Of a DNA stretch of 64,000 nucleotides, positions 48,217 to 61,623 are shown one piece after another. The notes below the pieces were generated by a model. It was not told where the DNA came from. It searched no databases and saw only the letters and a program-made list of their open reading frames with translations. Within the stretch, counting starts at the first letter, position 1; every line of letters begins with the position of its first letter. Source of the stretch: Azolla caroliniana (lineage: Eukaryota; Plantae; Polypodiophyta); NCBI GenBank assembly GCA_043228905.1, contig JBHGNT010000004.1, positions 13,268,001 to 13,332,000 of the forward strand. The letters are read 5' to 3'. Made by a program: the position numbers and the translations under genes.

Positions 48217-51200
48217 ATGGACGAATCATTTGGAGGCATGTTCAAGCTCACCGGCTCCAACTATTCAGTATGGAAGTCGAAGATGAGGGACATGCTCATT
48301 GTTAAAGACCTCTGGCTACCGGTTCAGTTTGGGGACAAGAGACCGGACAAAATTGACGCCGCGATATGGGAGGTGATGCACATGAAGACAACGGCGTACA
48401 TACGGTGCTTCATCGACATGAGCCTGTACAACAACTTCAATGAGGAGAGCAAGGCTCATGAGCTCTGGGAGAAGATCGGCATAATGTTTCAAAACAAAAA
48501 TGTTGTCAATCAGGTGTCGGTATTCCGGAAGCTAGTAAGACTCCGGTACCAAGATGGCTCCAGCATGGCGGAGCACATGAATGCCTTCTAGGGGCTGATA
48601 CACCAGGCAACGTCATTGGAAGTACCTCTCGCCGATGAGGTACTAGCGCTACTCCTACTCGGTTCCCTCCTGAATAGCTGGGAGACGTTGGTTGTCACTT
48701 TGGGCAACGCCGGGCCGGAAGGAAAACGGTTATCCCTAGCAAGAGTAAAGTCGAGCTTGCTAGATGAGGAGGAGCGTCGGAAAGACAAAGATACCAGCTC
48801 CAACTCCAAAGCGCTTCTTACCGAATCGGAACGCGGAAGACATAGAAACCGTAGTCCCCAGAACCGGGAGAAGTCGGGGACACGGTCAAAATCAAGGGGG
48901 AGGCCTACTTGCTTCTATTGCGGCAAGCCGGGACACTTCCAAAAGAACTGTCGGCATTTCCGTAAAGACAAGGAAACCGACGGTACCGATTTGAAGCAAA
49001 TCCCGGACCGGAACGGTAAAGACCGAAACGTTAAAGACCTGAGGGGGCCGGACCGGAAGGGAACGATGGCAATCGCGGCAAGTGAAGAAGAGTTGATGCT
49101 CATCACCGAGGAGAGTGAAATAAACCTTGCCGGCGACGAGATGACCTGGGTGATAGACTCTGGAGCGTCGTTCCACCTTACCCCGGACCGGAAATGCTTC
49201 TCATCCTACTCAGCCGGTGATCACGGTTGTGTCCGGATGGGGAATGAAGGTACATGCTGAATTGTCGGCATAGGAAACGTGTGGCTGTCAACACCAACCG
49301 GATGCAAGTTGCTGCTGAAGGATGTCCGACATGTTCCGGAGGTTCGTCTGAACCTGATATCAGCCGGTCGGCTAGATGATGAAGGCTACACGGGTAGCAT
49401 CCGGAATGGTGTCATGAAGTTCAGCAAAGGGAGCCTGATTGTGGCTCGGGCTCGGAAGGTAAACACACTGTACCTGATGAATGCTCGGTTATGTCCGGTA
49501 AAAGTGAACGTGGCATCCGACACTGCCGGTGAGCTGTGGCACAAGAGGCTATGTCATATGAGCGAGAAGGGGATGAAGAGGCTTGCAGACGACAACCTCA
49601 TTCCAGTGAAGAACGTGCAATTAGAGAAGTGCACTGACTGTCTGGCCGGTAAACAGAACCGGACCTCCTTCCGACCAAGGCCACCGATGAGACGTAATGC
49701 ACCACTGGAGTTGGTGCATACGGATGTGTGTCAAGTAGACACGAAGTCACATGCCAGAGCGCAGTACTTCGTGACGTTCATAGATGACCACAGCCAGAAG
49801 CTGTGGGCCACACCGTTGAAGACAAAGGATCAGGTGTTATCCGTCTTCAAAGAGCTCCACGCGAGAGTGGAAAGAGAAACCGGCCGGAAGCTGAAGGCGG
49901 TTCGAGCAGATAACGGAGGAGAGTACCGGGGGCAGTTCGAGGTGTACTGCCGCTCGAAGGGAATCCGGCTCGAATTTACCGTGCCGAAGACGCCGGAACT
50001 AAACGGACTGGCCGAGAGGATGAACCGGACCATAATGGAGAGGGTCCGGAGTATGCTAGCGCATGCAAAACTACCCAAGAAGTTTTGGGCTGAGGCACTG
50101 TCGACGGCGACATATGTGATAAACAGATCACCCTCAATACCCTTGGACGGAGACACGCCACAGAGAGTATGGACCGGTAAGGAAGTGTCCTACCGGCATC
50201 TGAGGGTGTTCGGGTGTCTTGCGTACGTGCATGTAGCAAAGGACCGGAGAGGAAAGTTAGATCCAAAGACCCGGCCATGCATATTCCTCGGTTACGGTGA
50301 CGATGAGTTCGGCTACCGAGTGTGGGACCCGGTCGACAAGAAGGTATTCCGGAGTCTAGATATTATCTTCATGGAGGACAAGACGCTCGCCGACTGGGAG
50401 TCGGAGAAGAAGATAATGAACTCCGAGTCGACCGGTAAGGATAGACTCTACAATGAGCAGACCCAACCGGAAGAGACCGGTTAGCACTCGAGGAACCAGT
50501 CGGTTATGGTGAGGATACCGAACCGGCAGAAGAAGAAGTAGAGGAAGCTGAGACCGGAACCGGCCAAGACCCCGAATCGGATTCGGATGAAGAGCAAATG
50601 GAGGAGCCGGTTACCGAAGCCCGAAGACATAGATATCCTCTCAGAGAGAGAAGGGCGCCCCGGAGATTTCCGGATGCAGAGCATGTTCTGCTAACCGATG
50701 AGGGGGAGCCGGAAAGCTTCGAAGAAGCGAAGGAAGACACCCACAGCCGAAAATGGTTAAGTGCCATGCAGGATGAGATGGATTCCCTGCATGAGAACCA
50801 TACGTACGAATTGGTGGAGTTGCCGAAAGGAAAGCGGGCACTCCGAAACAAGTGGGTGTACATGTTGAAACCGGGAGATGCCGGCAACCCCCCGAGATAC
50901 AAAGCCAGGATCGTGGTGAAGGGGTTCCAGCAGAAGAAGGGCGTGGACTTCGACGAGATATTTTCCCCGGTAGTAAAGATGACCTCCATCCGGACTGTGC
51001 TGAGTATAGCAGCAAGCATGGACCTTGAGGTAGAGCAGCTGGACGTGAAGATGGCATTCCTTCACGGCGACCTCGAAGAGGAGATCTACATGCAGCAACC
51101 GGAAGGATTTGTGGAGAAAGGGAAGGAGCACCTGGTATGCCGGTTGAAGAAGAGCCTGTACGGACTGAAGTAGGCTCCCCGGCAATGGTACCGGAAGTTC

Positions 51201-51770
51201 GACTCCTTCATGACCGATCAAGGGTACCACAAGACGCAGGCCGATCACTGTGTGTTTGTGAAGAAGTTCAAAGGATGGGACTTCCTGATACTCCTCCTGT
51301 ACGTGGATGACATGTTGATCGTCGGACGAGACCAAGGCAAAATACGGATGCTAAAGAAGGCTCTGAACCAGACCTTCTCAATGAAAGACTTGGGTCCGGC
51401 AAGACAGATGTTGGGGATGCACATCATTCGGGACCAGTCAGTGAAGCAATTATGGTTGTCACAAGAGAAGTATGTGACAAAGGTGCTTCACCGGTTCAAC
51501 ATGTCAGAAGCAAAACCGGTCGGATCGACACTTCCGGCAAACTGCAAGTTGTCCGGCAAGCAAAGCCCGAAGACGAGAGGAGAGAAGGCAGATATGATGA
51601 AGATTCCATATGCCTCTGCCGTCGGGAGCTTGATGTACGCAATGGTTTGTACCCGACCGGACATTGGATACGCAGTCGGAGTGGTGAGCCGGTTCATGAG
51701 TAATCCCGGCAAGGAGCACTGGAACGCGGTCAAGTGGATACTCCGGTATTTCAAGGGCACTTCAAATATG
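48217..51770 (+). pseudogene. gag-pol of copia J
   Basis: CFYCGKPGHFQKNC, WVIDSGAS, LWHKRLCH, RADNGGEY, LLLYVDDML; premature stops at ~48589, ~49258, ~51171. Confidence 0.93.
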
Positions 51771-52184
51771 TTACTTTTCTTGTTGGTGTAAGAAGAAGAG
51801 AGAGCACGTAATAGTGTACAGAGAGAGAGAGAGAGAGAGAAAGAGGTCGTTGCCTCTGTTGTAACCGCCGCCTGTGGCGAAGAGCGTGAGTCCCAGGTCG
51901 TTGCCTCCGAGAACTCACTGTTTTGTACATTCATATATAGTGACAGTTTGCAGCTTGTGGGTTGCCATGGTTTTTCCCCTAGTTTGGGGTTTTCCACGTA
52001 AACCTCCTAAGTAGTGTGTGTGTATCTTCCTCTCCTTTGTATCGTGTTTTATTTCCTGTTTTTCTGTGTATGAAAAGAATCTCGGTTGTGGCCGAGTGTT
52101 GGACATAAGGAACGTCCAGTTCCCGTCAAGTTTCCTAGTTGTCCAAAAGGGATCCTAGCAACAATAATGCCAATACCTCGCCGG

Positions 52185-55100
52185 TGTTGGTTAATGTTCG
52201 ATGGTTATGCAGAACTGTGTGCTCGGATCTTATGGCTATGAACAGCAAACAACGTAAACAGAAAGTAGAAAGGGCAGATTGAGACTTACACAGTTACGAG
52301 CTTTAATGGAAAGCTTCTTATTTCTGCACAACCCGTTTTTCTTTCTCAGAGATAACAATCGTCTCTCTTCATCATCCATTACAATGTTAGGTATTCGCTT
52401 ATATACTAAGCCCTAACTTATTGTCGAGTTCACACTCGGATGGATACAAGGTGGAAGGACTTGGCCTTTTATGCAAAAAAACTCCCCCGTAAAAGGACTA
52501 CTCTTTCTTGCATGTACAAGTGTTTGGGGTTAGAGTTCAAATTTAACTAGATCTTGTAAAAGGTTATGTGCGGAAGCGTCAGACAAACCGGCCTTGCCGG
52601 ATAACAACAGAGAGAGTGAGAGAGATTAACATGCAGAGTGTACGCGGGAGAGATAGAGAAAATGCAGAATGTTCCGAAAATTCTATTACAAAACAATAAT
52701 AGTTCATTGTACATGAAACGTGCTCAATAGCACTATTTATACAAGTCCTAAGAGGACTGACAGAAGTACCGCATACTTCAATGCTCACTCAAGCGTTTGA
52801 CACTAACTACGAAACTATTAACTACCTAATAGTCTAGGCTACTGCTAGGCTTCCGATCACTGTTTGATCTAGCTAAGCGGCTCCCCAGCTCACCGGCTCA
52901 ATTGCTCGCCGGCTCACTGATCCGTCTCACCGATCCAGCTTCATCCTTCCGGATGTTGATCCGGCTCAAGCTTATTTAGCCGATCCGGATCCGGTTGAGC
53001 TTGCTGCGAAACACTCCCCCTCAAGCTCAACTTGAGGTCGGATCGTAGTGTCAGTCTCCATGGCCGTCGGTCCTTCCACCCGGCTCTTTCGGGCGTCACT
53101 CCGCCTCGATCGCGCTCCTCATCCGGTCCGGTCCCGTTTGCCGCAAGCCTTCTAATTCTGCGCACCTCGACCTCCTCGGTCGGCTTTTTTGCTCAAAAGG
53201 CCCAATTCAGCTCCCTCGCTGCTGTGACTTCAGCTCTTCCTGATTCGCCGATTCCTTCGTGTTGGCGTCGACTGTCGCTACCTTCTCGTCCTCTTGGCCT
53301 TGAATTGGTCCAGTTCTTCCAAATATGTCTATTGAACCAAATCGGCTGTCTCCGATTCATTCCAACTCTTGTCCGACTCGGTTGCTCCTTATTCGTTTTC
53401 TTGTTCCAGGCCCTTCACCTCATTGGACCATGTCCAGGTCTTGGCCTTCTTCTTCTTGTCTCTCCCTTTGTCGGTTCATCCCTTACCGGCCCAATCGAAA
53501 GTCTCTTTGCCTTTGCCCATTCCGATGTCTTTGCCCGTTCTCCCCCTCAAGTGTGGCACGTTGAGATGCTGAACACTAAGCATTTCGGTGAAGTGTTGCA
53601 ACTTGTCCGACCCGAGCGGTTTGGTGAAGATCTCGGCAACTTGTCGATCCGTATGAACATACCAAAGCTCTACTTCACCGCTCAGGACACTCTCACGCAA
53701 GAAGTGGTAGTGCACTTCTATGTGCTTTGTACAAGCATGGAATACAGGGTGCTTTACGAGCTGCATGCTGCTTATCTTGTCACAGTAGAGTAGGATCGGG
53801 GTTGGTACCTCGATCCGTAGGTCTTGCAGTAGACGCCGGAGCCAAATGGCTTCACAGGTGGAAACGGTAGTGCCCCGATATTCATCCTCAGTGCTCAAAA
53901 GGGCCACTGTTGGCTGCTTTTTGCTACTCCACGCAACAGCCTCGTTACCAAGGGAAAACATGTAGTCGGAGGTGGATCAGCGATCCGATGCATCACCAGC
54001 CCAATTGGCATCGGTGTAGCCGACTAGCTCTTCGGTTATACCATGTCGGTATAACAGTCCCTGTTCCTTCGTGACGCTCACATATCGCAAAATTCGATGC
54101 ACGCACAGAAGGTGCTCCACGGTCGGCTTTTGCATACATTCGTTGATCACGTTGACCGGATAACTGATGTTGGGTCAGATGATTGTCAAATATATAAGGC
54201 TTCCGATGATTTGTCGAAACCGTTTCTCATCACAGGCTGGTCCAGAGTCGGGACAGAGCTTCTGGTTCCGGTCCAAGGGTGTAGAGATAGGTTGGCATTC
54301 CTTCATGCCGAATTTGTATAGCATATTCAACACATAGTGTCTCTGTGAGAGCAATATGCCGTCAGGGGTTCGGATCACCTCGATCCCAAGGAAGTAGTGA
54401 AGGTCCCCTAGGTCCTTCATTTCAAATGCGTCCGACAGCTCGGACTTGCCTTGGCCGATTTCATCGAGTCTAGGTCCGGTGATGACTAGATCATCAACAT
54501 ACAGAAAGATGCAAACTGGACCGTCTGGACCTTGCCAGATGAACAACGAAGAGTCGGACTTGGAGGCCGCAAACCCCATCTTACGCAACCGGTGCATGAT
54601 CACCTCGATCCCAAGGAAGTAGTGAAGGTCCCCTAGGTCCTTCATTTCAAATGCGTCCAACAGCTGGGACTTGCCTTGGCCGATTTCATCGAGTCCAAGT
54701 CCGGTGATGACTAGATCATCAACATACAGCAAGATGCAAACTAGACCGTCTGGACCTTGCCGGATGAACAACGAAGAGTCGGACTTGGAGGCCGCAAACC
54801 CCATCTTACGCAACCGGTGCATGATCTTCGCATTCCAAGCTCGGAGGTCTTGCTTCAGGCCATAACGTGACTTCTTCAGTCGGCATACCACCGACTTGTT
54901 CATCTCCGACTGGAATCCGGGGGGTTGGGTCATAAAGACCGCCTTGAAGAAATGCATTCTTCACGTCCATCTGGTGAAGATGCCACCCCCTTGCCGCAGC
55001 AACCACCAGTACCACACGAACCGTCGTCATCTTCGCTACCGGAGCGAAGGTCTCGTCGTAGTCGATTCCGTGGGTCTGCGCGTATCCCTTCGCCACTAAC

Positions 55101-58100
55101 CGGGCCTTGTACCAGTTAACCAAACCGTCGGCATTGTACTTTACCTTGTACACCCACTTACGTCCGATCGGTTTATAGTGTCGGGGAGGGTCAACTAGGT
55201 CCCATGTGTCGTTGGCATCGAGTGCCCGCATTTCATCCTTCATAGCAGCATACCAATTTGCGTTCTTTGCCGCTTCTGCGTAGCTCTTCTGCCACCTTGG
55301 TCATGTACGCATAGTGATGCGCCATGTACTCATTGTACCCGTACTGCTTCACGGGGTTATTCTGGCGGGAAGACCGGCGTAACTTATCGTTACTCGGTTA
55401 GGGGCCCTTCTTGGCTGGTTCGAACTTCGTTCCCGAAGATCCACCTTCATCCTTTCCGGAGTCGGCTTCACTCCGATCTGACTCAACGTTGCCAGTTTCG
55501 TATTCCGGCATCTTCTTCATCCCTTTCTCCTTGCGCGGGGAGACCATGGCAGAGTCTCCTGTACTCGCCAGTTCCTCATCCGATTGGTCATCCCGATTCA
55601 GCCGCTCATTCGGTCCATTCAACCAAAACGATTCCGGACTCTCATCTAGAGTCTCGAACCCTTCGTCTTCTAACTGTATTGGTTCAGGCTCACTAGCCTC
55701 ATCCTCCGGTATCGGGTTGGGGTCGGAAGTCGGAGCCGGTAAGGCATACCATGATGTCGTCTCATCAAACTCAGCATCCCGGCTAACTCAAACCTGCTTC
55801 GTCTGGGGGTTATAACACTTATACCCCTTTTGCTCATGCGATTAACCGACCAGGATGCATTTCTCTGACTTTGCATCCAACTTCCTACTCTTCACATCCG
55901 GCACATGCACATATGCCACGCCACCGAATATCCGAAGGTGTCACAAATTCGGCTTGCGCCCGAAATATAGCTCATGCGCGGACACCTTGTCACCGATCCG
56001 GTTTTGGATATAGACGACAGTCTGGACCGCCTCAGCCCAGTAGAACTTGGACATGCTCTTCTCCTCCAGCATCGCCCTTGCCGCGTCAATAAGCGACCGA
56101 TTCTTCCTCTCGGCCACACCGTTCTGTTCCGGTGTGTATCTGTAGCTAAACTCTCATTGAATTCCCTTTTGCTGTAGATAACTGTTGAATTGGCCGGAAA
56201 AATATTATTTTCCGCCATCCGACCACAGGCACTTGATCTTCCTCTCCGTTTCCCGTTCAACCAAGTTTTGGAGGTTCCGGAAACACTCAAAGACTTCGCT
56301 CTTTCGCTCAATGAGGTAGATCCATGTGTATCGGCTATAGTCGTCAATGAAGGAGACGAAATATCGACTCCCGCCAAGATTCACGTTCTGTGCCGGTCCC
56401 CATACATCCGAATGAATAAGGTTGAGCTTGTTACGGCTATGGTTTTGTTCGGTGGGGAATGGAAGCCGGTGTTGCTTCCCGAGTTAGCAAGCTTCACATA
56501 CTTGGGCCTTCCTGCCACTAAACTTCGGCAAACCGAAAACAATGTGTTTCGTTTGCAAGTCTTGAAGCCTCCAGTAATTGACGTGGCCAATCTGCTTGTG
56601 CTAGAGATCGATATCTGATTCAATCTTTTGTCCTTTGGCGAACAAAGCGGTGCCGACGTCATTGGTGTCGAGGATAAACATCCTCCCGTCTCTGCGCCCT
56701 TGCGCAATAATTTGGCCCTCTTCCTCGATGAAGCACCCGAGGTGAGTAAACCACACCTGCATCCCCTGGTCGACAATCTATCCAACTGACACCAGGTTCT
56801 TCGTGATGGTCCGAACGTGTAATACGTTCGTCAGCTTCCCCCTTTGTCCAACGTGGCTCAAAAGGACTTCTTCGACATGCACGATTGGATGTGGAGTGTC
56901 GTCTTTGGTTTTGACGACTCCTAGTTGTTCCGGTTTCTCCAAGAAGGAGAACCACTCTCTATGGCTCGTGATGTGATTCGACGCACCGGAATCAACGTAC
57001 CACACTTCCTCCAATTTGGAAGTGGTCTTCTTCATCGAGTTAGCCTAGTGTTTCATCACCAAGGTCGGCCCTTTACCGGCTTTTCTGGTTTTGGATCCTC
57101 CCAATCCTTCTGCGTAGTGCGAGTATTGTCGGTTCTCTCTGTCGGCCTTGCCAGATCTGGATTTGTCCGAATCGGCATGCTTCTTCCAGCACTCGCTTTC
57201 TCTCTGGCCTTTTTTACCACAGTACCAGCATTTTGTGTCGGCCTTTGCTTGCCAACCTCCGCCGCCGCCTTGACTCCCCCTCCTTGTGGAGGGTTTGGAA
57301 CTGTTGTCGGCACTTTCTCTGTGCCTTCGTTCATGCTCTTGCCGGCCGCTACCATTGTGAGCCGACCCGCCTCGTCCACCACGCCCACGGGGCCGATCCG
57401 CCTCTGTGTATAACATCCGGTTGTCGGTGGGTGCACTTGTTGACGCACCGGCGTGGTTCTCCTCTACAAGGAGCATCGACTGTAAGTCGAAAAATGATGG
57501 CGTATTCTCCCTTGTACATACCGCCATTCGGAACGCTCTAAACTTAGACTCTAGGCACCCGAGACATATCTGCACCATCTCATCTTCCTCTACAGTGACA
57601 TTGATAGAGGCAAGTGAGTCATAAATTTCTTTGATTCAGGCCGTGTAATCGGCTACTGACATGTCCTTCTGTTGGACATTGCTCAACTCCTATCGGAGTT
57701 GCAGCTTCCAGGCCGTAGTGCTTGCCGCGAAAACCTTCTTCAGGTTTCCCCAAGCTTCTTTTGGCGTCTTGATACTTGACGCAAAGCAGTACATCACTTT
57801 GATTGCCGCTTGTTCCCACGCTGGGAAGTCCTTCTGTGCCGCATCAGGTGTTGTGTCGTTAGCTCCATCGATATAGTTCCAGTAACCATGCCCAAGCAGG
57901 TACTGGTGCATCTTGTATGACCAAGATACGTAGTTGCATTTGTCGAGCTTCTCCACCGGGAGTGAGCTAGCCATTCCTCTGTCCATTACTTCTCTTCCTG
58001 TTCTTACCGGGTCTTAGGGTTTCTCTTCAGATGCTAATGTCGGCTATAGAGGTTCTCAACCCTCGCGCTTTGATACCATGTAAAAGATTATGTGCGGAAC

Positions 58101-60601
58101 CGTCAGAAAAACCGGCCTTGCCGGATAACAACAAAGAGAGTGAGAGAGATTAACACACAGAGTGTACGTGGGAGAGACAAAGAAAATGTTGAACATTCCG
58201 AAAATTCTATTACAAAACAATAATAGTTCATTGTACATGAAACGTGCTCAACAACACTATTTATACAAGTCCTAAGAGGAATGACAGAAGTACCACGTAC
58301 TTCAATGCTCACTCGAACATCTAACACTAACTACGAGACTATTAACTACCTAGTAGTCTAGGCTACTACTAGGCTTCCGGTTACTGTTTGATCTAGCTAA
58401 CCGACTCCCCAACTCACCGGCTCGATTGCTCGCTGCCTCGCCGATCCGTCTCACCAATCCGGCTTCATCCTTTCGGATGTCAATCCGGCTCAAGCTTATT
58501 TAGCCGATCCGGATCCAGTTGAGCTTGTCGCGCAACAGATCTTATGTTACAAGTCTGTCGGCAAGTAGCCGACTCGGCAGAGGTATAGTATGAGTGTCGG
58601 TTAGCTCTTACCTTTTGCTCCTCGTTTAGCTTTCTTCTGCTTGGTCGCTTGTCGTAGCCCCATCTTCCTCCTTAGCATTCGGAAGCATTGATCTGGGAGT
58701 GGCTTCGTCAGGCAATCGGTGATGTTCATCTCGGTGTCGATCTTCTGAACTTCGAGCTTCTTCTTGGTTACGAGCTCCCGAATATGATGATACGGCACCT
58801 CAATATGCTTCCTCTTCGCATGCTAGATGGGATTGTTGATGATGTGTATTATGCTCTGTGAGTCGCAATAGATGGTCGGCGTTGGTCGGTCTATTCGGTT
58901 TGCACTACCGAAATTGGCAGACAGTCAGTGCAGCTAGATCGCTTCCTTCGCTGCTTCCGACGCTGCTATGTACTCGGCTTCTGTGGTAAACGGTGTCGTG
59001 CACTCCTAAAGTTTTGACCTCCATGATATTGCACCGCCACCATAGGTGAAGATGTAGCCTGATGTCGATTTCCGATTATCTGTGTTTCCAACGTAGTCGG
59101 AATCGGTGTAGCCTTCGACTTTGGTTAATGTTGTCGAACCGAATATCAGCTGTGCATCCGGGGTTCCTTTCAGATACCTAAGGATGTGCTTGATGGCCTC
59201 CCAATGATTCTTTCTTGGGTTTGACATGTACCAGCTGACCACCCCTACAGCATAGGCTAGGTCGGGTCGGGTCGCCACCATTGCGTACATGATACTTCCT
59301 ACTGCCGATGCGTAGGGTATCTTTCCATTAAGCTCTCTCTCCTTGTCGTTTGCAGGAGAGTCTCTGTCCGATAGTCTTATTGACATCGGAAGCGATGTTG
59401 GTGTTGGCTTCGCATTCTCCATGTTGAAGCGCTTCAACACTTTGTAGATGTAGTTGGACTAGGAGAGTCGGAGAGTCCTGGTCGTCCGATTTTGCTCTAT
59501 CCTCATGCCCAATATGTGTCGGCCTTGTCCTAGTTCCTTCATCGTGAATTTTGTGTGAAGGCTCCACTTGAGCTTTCCGATCTCTGCTTGATTGCTCCCT
59601 GCAATCAACATGTCGTCAACATAAAGGATCAGATAGATCCTAAACTCATCGGCCAGTTGCCGAACATACATGCATGGGTCCGAGTCTGATCTATTGTATC
59701 CAAGCTGCCTTATGTGGGAGTCAAACTTTTGGTACCACATCCTCGGTGCTTGTTTTAAGCCATAGAGACTTTTCTTCAATCGACATACGAGTTGACTGTT
59801 CTCCCCCGTCACTGTGAAGCCTGCCGGTTGAGACATGTATATGTCTTCTTCCAGATCTCCGTGTAGGATACTAGGAACGTTGTCTTTACATCCATCTGCT
59901 CTAGCTCTAGCTCCTTTGTCGCCACAACTCCTAGTAGGAGTCGGAGGGTGATCATCTTGACTACTAATGAAAATATCTCGTCGTAGTCGACCCCATGTTC
60001 TTGTTTGAACCCTTTCGCGACAAGTCGAGCTTTATACTTGGGTTTCTCTGAATTAGATACATATTTGTATCGGAATACCCACTTGCAAGGTAGCGGCTTT
60101 CGTCTTGTTGGTAGGTCGACCAGCTCCCATGTCTGATTCTGATGAATCGAGTCCATTTCGGATTTCATGGCTTGCAGCCATGTTTCGGTGTCCGGTGCGG
60201 TCATACCTTCGTCATACGTGCTTGGTTCGCCTGCATCCGTGTAATTGACGTAGTCGAGACCCGGTTGATAAAACTCTGTCTGTCGTAATATCCTGGGTGT
60301 TGTAATATTCGGTTAATGTTCGATGGTTATGCGGAAGTGTGTGTTTGGATCTTATGGCTATGAACAACAAACAACGTAAACAGAAAGTAGAAAGGGCAAA
60401 TTGAGACTAACACAGTTACAAGTTTTAATGGAAAGCTTCTTATTTCTGCACAACGTGTTTTTCTCTCTCAGAGATTACAATCGTCTTTTTTCGTCATCCA
60501 TTACAATGTTAGGTATTCTCTTATATACTAAGCCCTAACTTATTGTCGAGTTCACACTCGGATGTATATAAGGTGGAAGGAGTCGGCCTTTTATGCCAAC
60601 A
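52185..60601 (-). mobile_element. copia H with short ~295-bp LTRs (52185-~52480; ~60311-60601), gag/INT deleted; TSD GCCGG/ACCGG
   Basis: LTR homology; PPT actccccc ~52481; RT/RH remnants 58600-60260. Confidence 0.85.
52555..58537 (-). mobile_element. copia G (F/A family), both 459-bp LTRs (52555-53013; 58079-58537), TSD GATCT, nested in the 3' region of H
   Basis: gatct at 52550-52554 and 58538-58542; iMet-type PBS 58067-58078; PPT 53014-53025. Confidence 0.95.
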
Positions 60602-61623
60602 ACCGGCAAGAGGTACTTCTAGAGAGGTGGTTTGATTCATCAGTCCTTGGAAGGCATTAATATGCTCCGCCATGCTGGAGCCGTCTTGATATTGGCGTCT
60701 CACAATTTTTCTGAAAACTGAGACTCTATTCATGACGTTCTTGTTCTCAAGCATTATGACAATCTTCTTCCAGAGGACGTTGACACTCCTCTCTTAATCA
60801 AAGTTGTTTTATAGACTCATTTCTATAAAACACATTATATATGCAGCCGACTTCAGATGCATGACTTCCCAAGTCGATGCATCGATTTTGTTTGGCTTCG
60901 TCTTGTCGTATTGCAACAACAACCACAAGTCTTTGCACACGAGCATATACTGCATCTTCGACTTCCACACTAAATAGTTGGAGTTGATTAACTTGAACAT
61001 TCCACCGAGATGTCCATCCATTGCTCTGATACCAATTTGTTAGGATCGGAACTGGCCACAACCGATTACTCGTACGTATATTCAGGTGCATCGAATCGAC
61101 AATGACAATACACGAAGAAACACAAAATCTTGAAAGTACACGAAACAAGTGAACACAGAGACACCAGATGTTTTACGTGGAAAACCCAAAAGGGGAAAAA
61201 CCACAGGGGTCCACAAACCCCAAGAAAATAAATCACTATGTGTACAAAGAGGAGTACAGGGAGACTCGGAGGCAACAACCTTGAGCTCGTCTTCGTCTAA
61301 CATACGGCGGTAGAGTTACTACTCTCACACTCTCTCTCTATCACATTTTTAGAGGCAACAACCTCGTCGGTAATTTTTCAACTATCTCAACTATACTAAC
61401 GATACACCACCACATAAAGTTTTCCCTAGTTGTATTTAGACTTATACAACTTTCTGGCTATTTACATATATAGCCTAGATGGGGCACATTTAGACTATTT
61501 ACAAATAGTCTCCCGAATCAGATATATAATCAATTTTCGATTTTGCCCTCGGCCGAATTGCCCATTGGTTCCATCTGATTCAGCTCGTACTCTTCCCATC
61601 TAGAGGGACCTGTTTTCCCAACA

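Larger units (their letters stand above)
47439..52128 (+). mobile_element. copia J (Tork-like), relatively young; 5' LTR 47439-48185, iMet PBS 48188-48199, RH/PPT/first part of the 3' LTR deleted at ~51770; TSD AGTTT
   Basis: agttt at 47434-47438 and 52129-52133; long gag-INT-RT reading frames broken by few lesions. Confidence 0.95.
43342..61623 (-). mobile_element. copia I (Tork-like), degenerate; 5' LTR 61038-61623, PBS 61023-61034, 3' LTR remnant 43342-43821, PPT 43822-43834; hosts K, N, J, H and G
   Basis: LTR homology 43342-43821 vs 61160-61623; gag pieces rejoin across J and H (EVPLA|GEVLALLLLGS). Confidence 0.9.
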
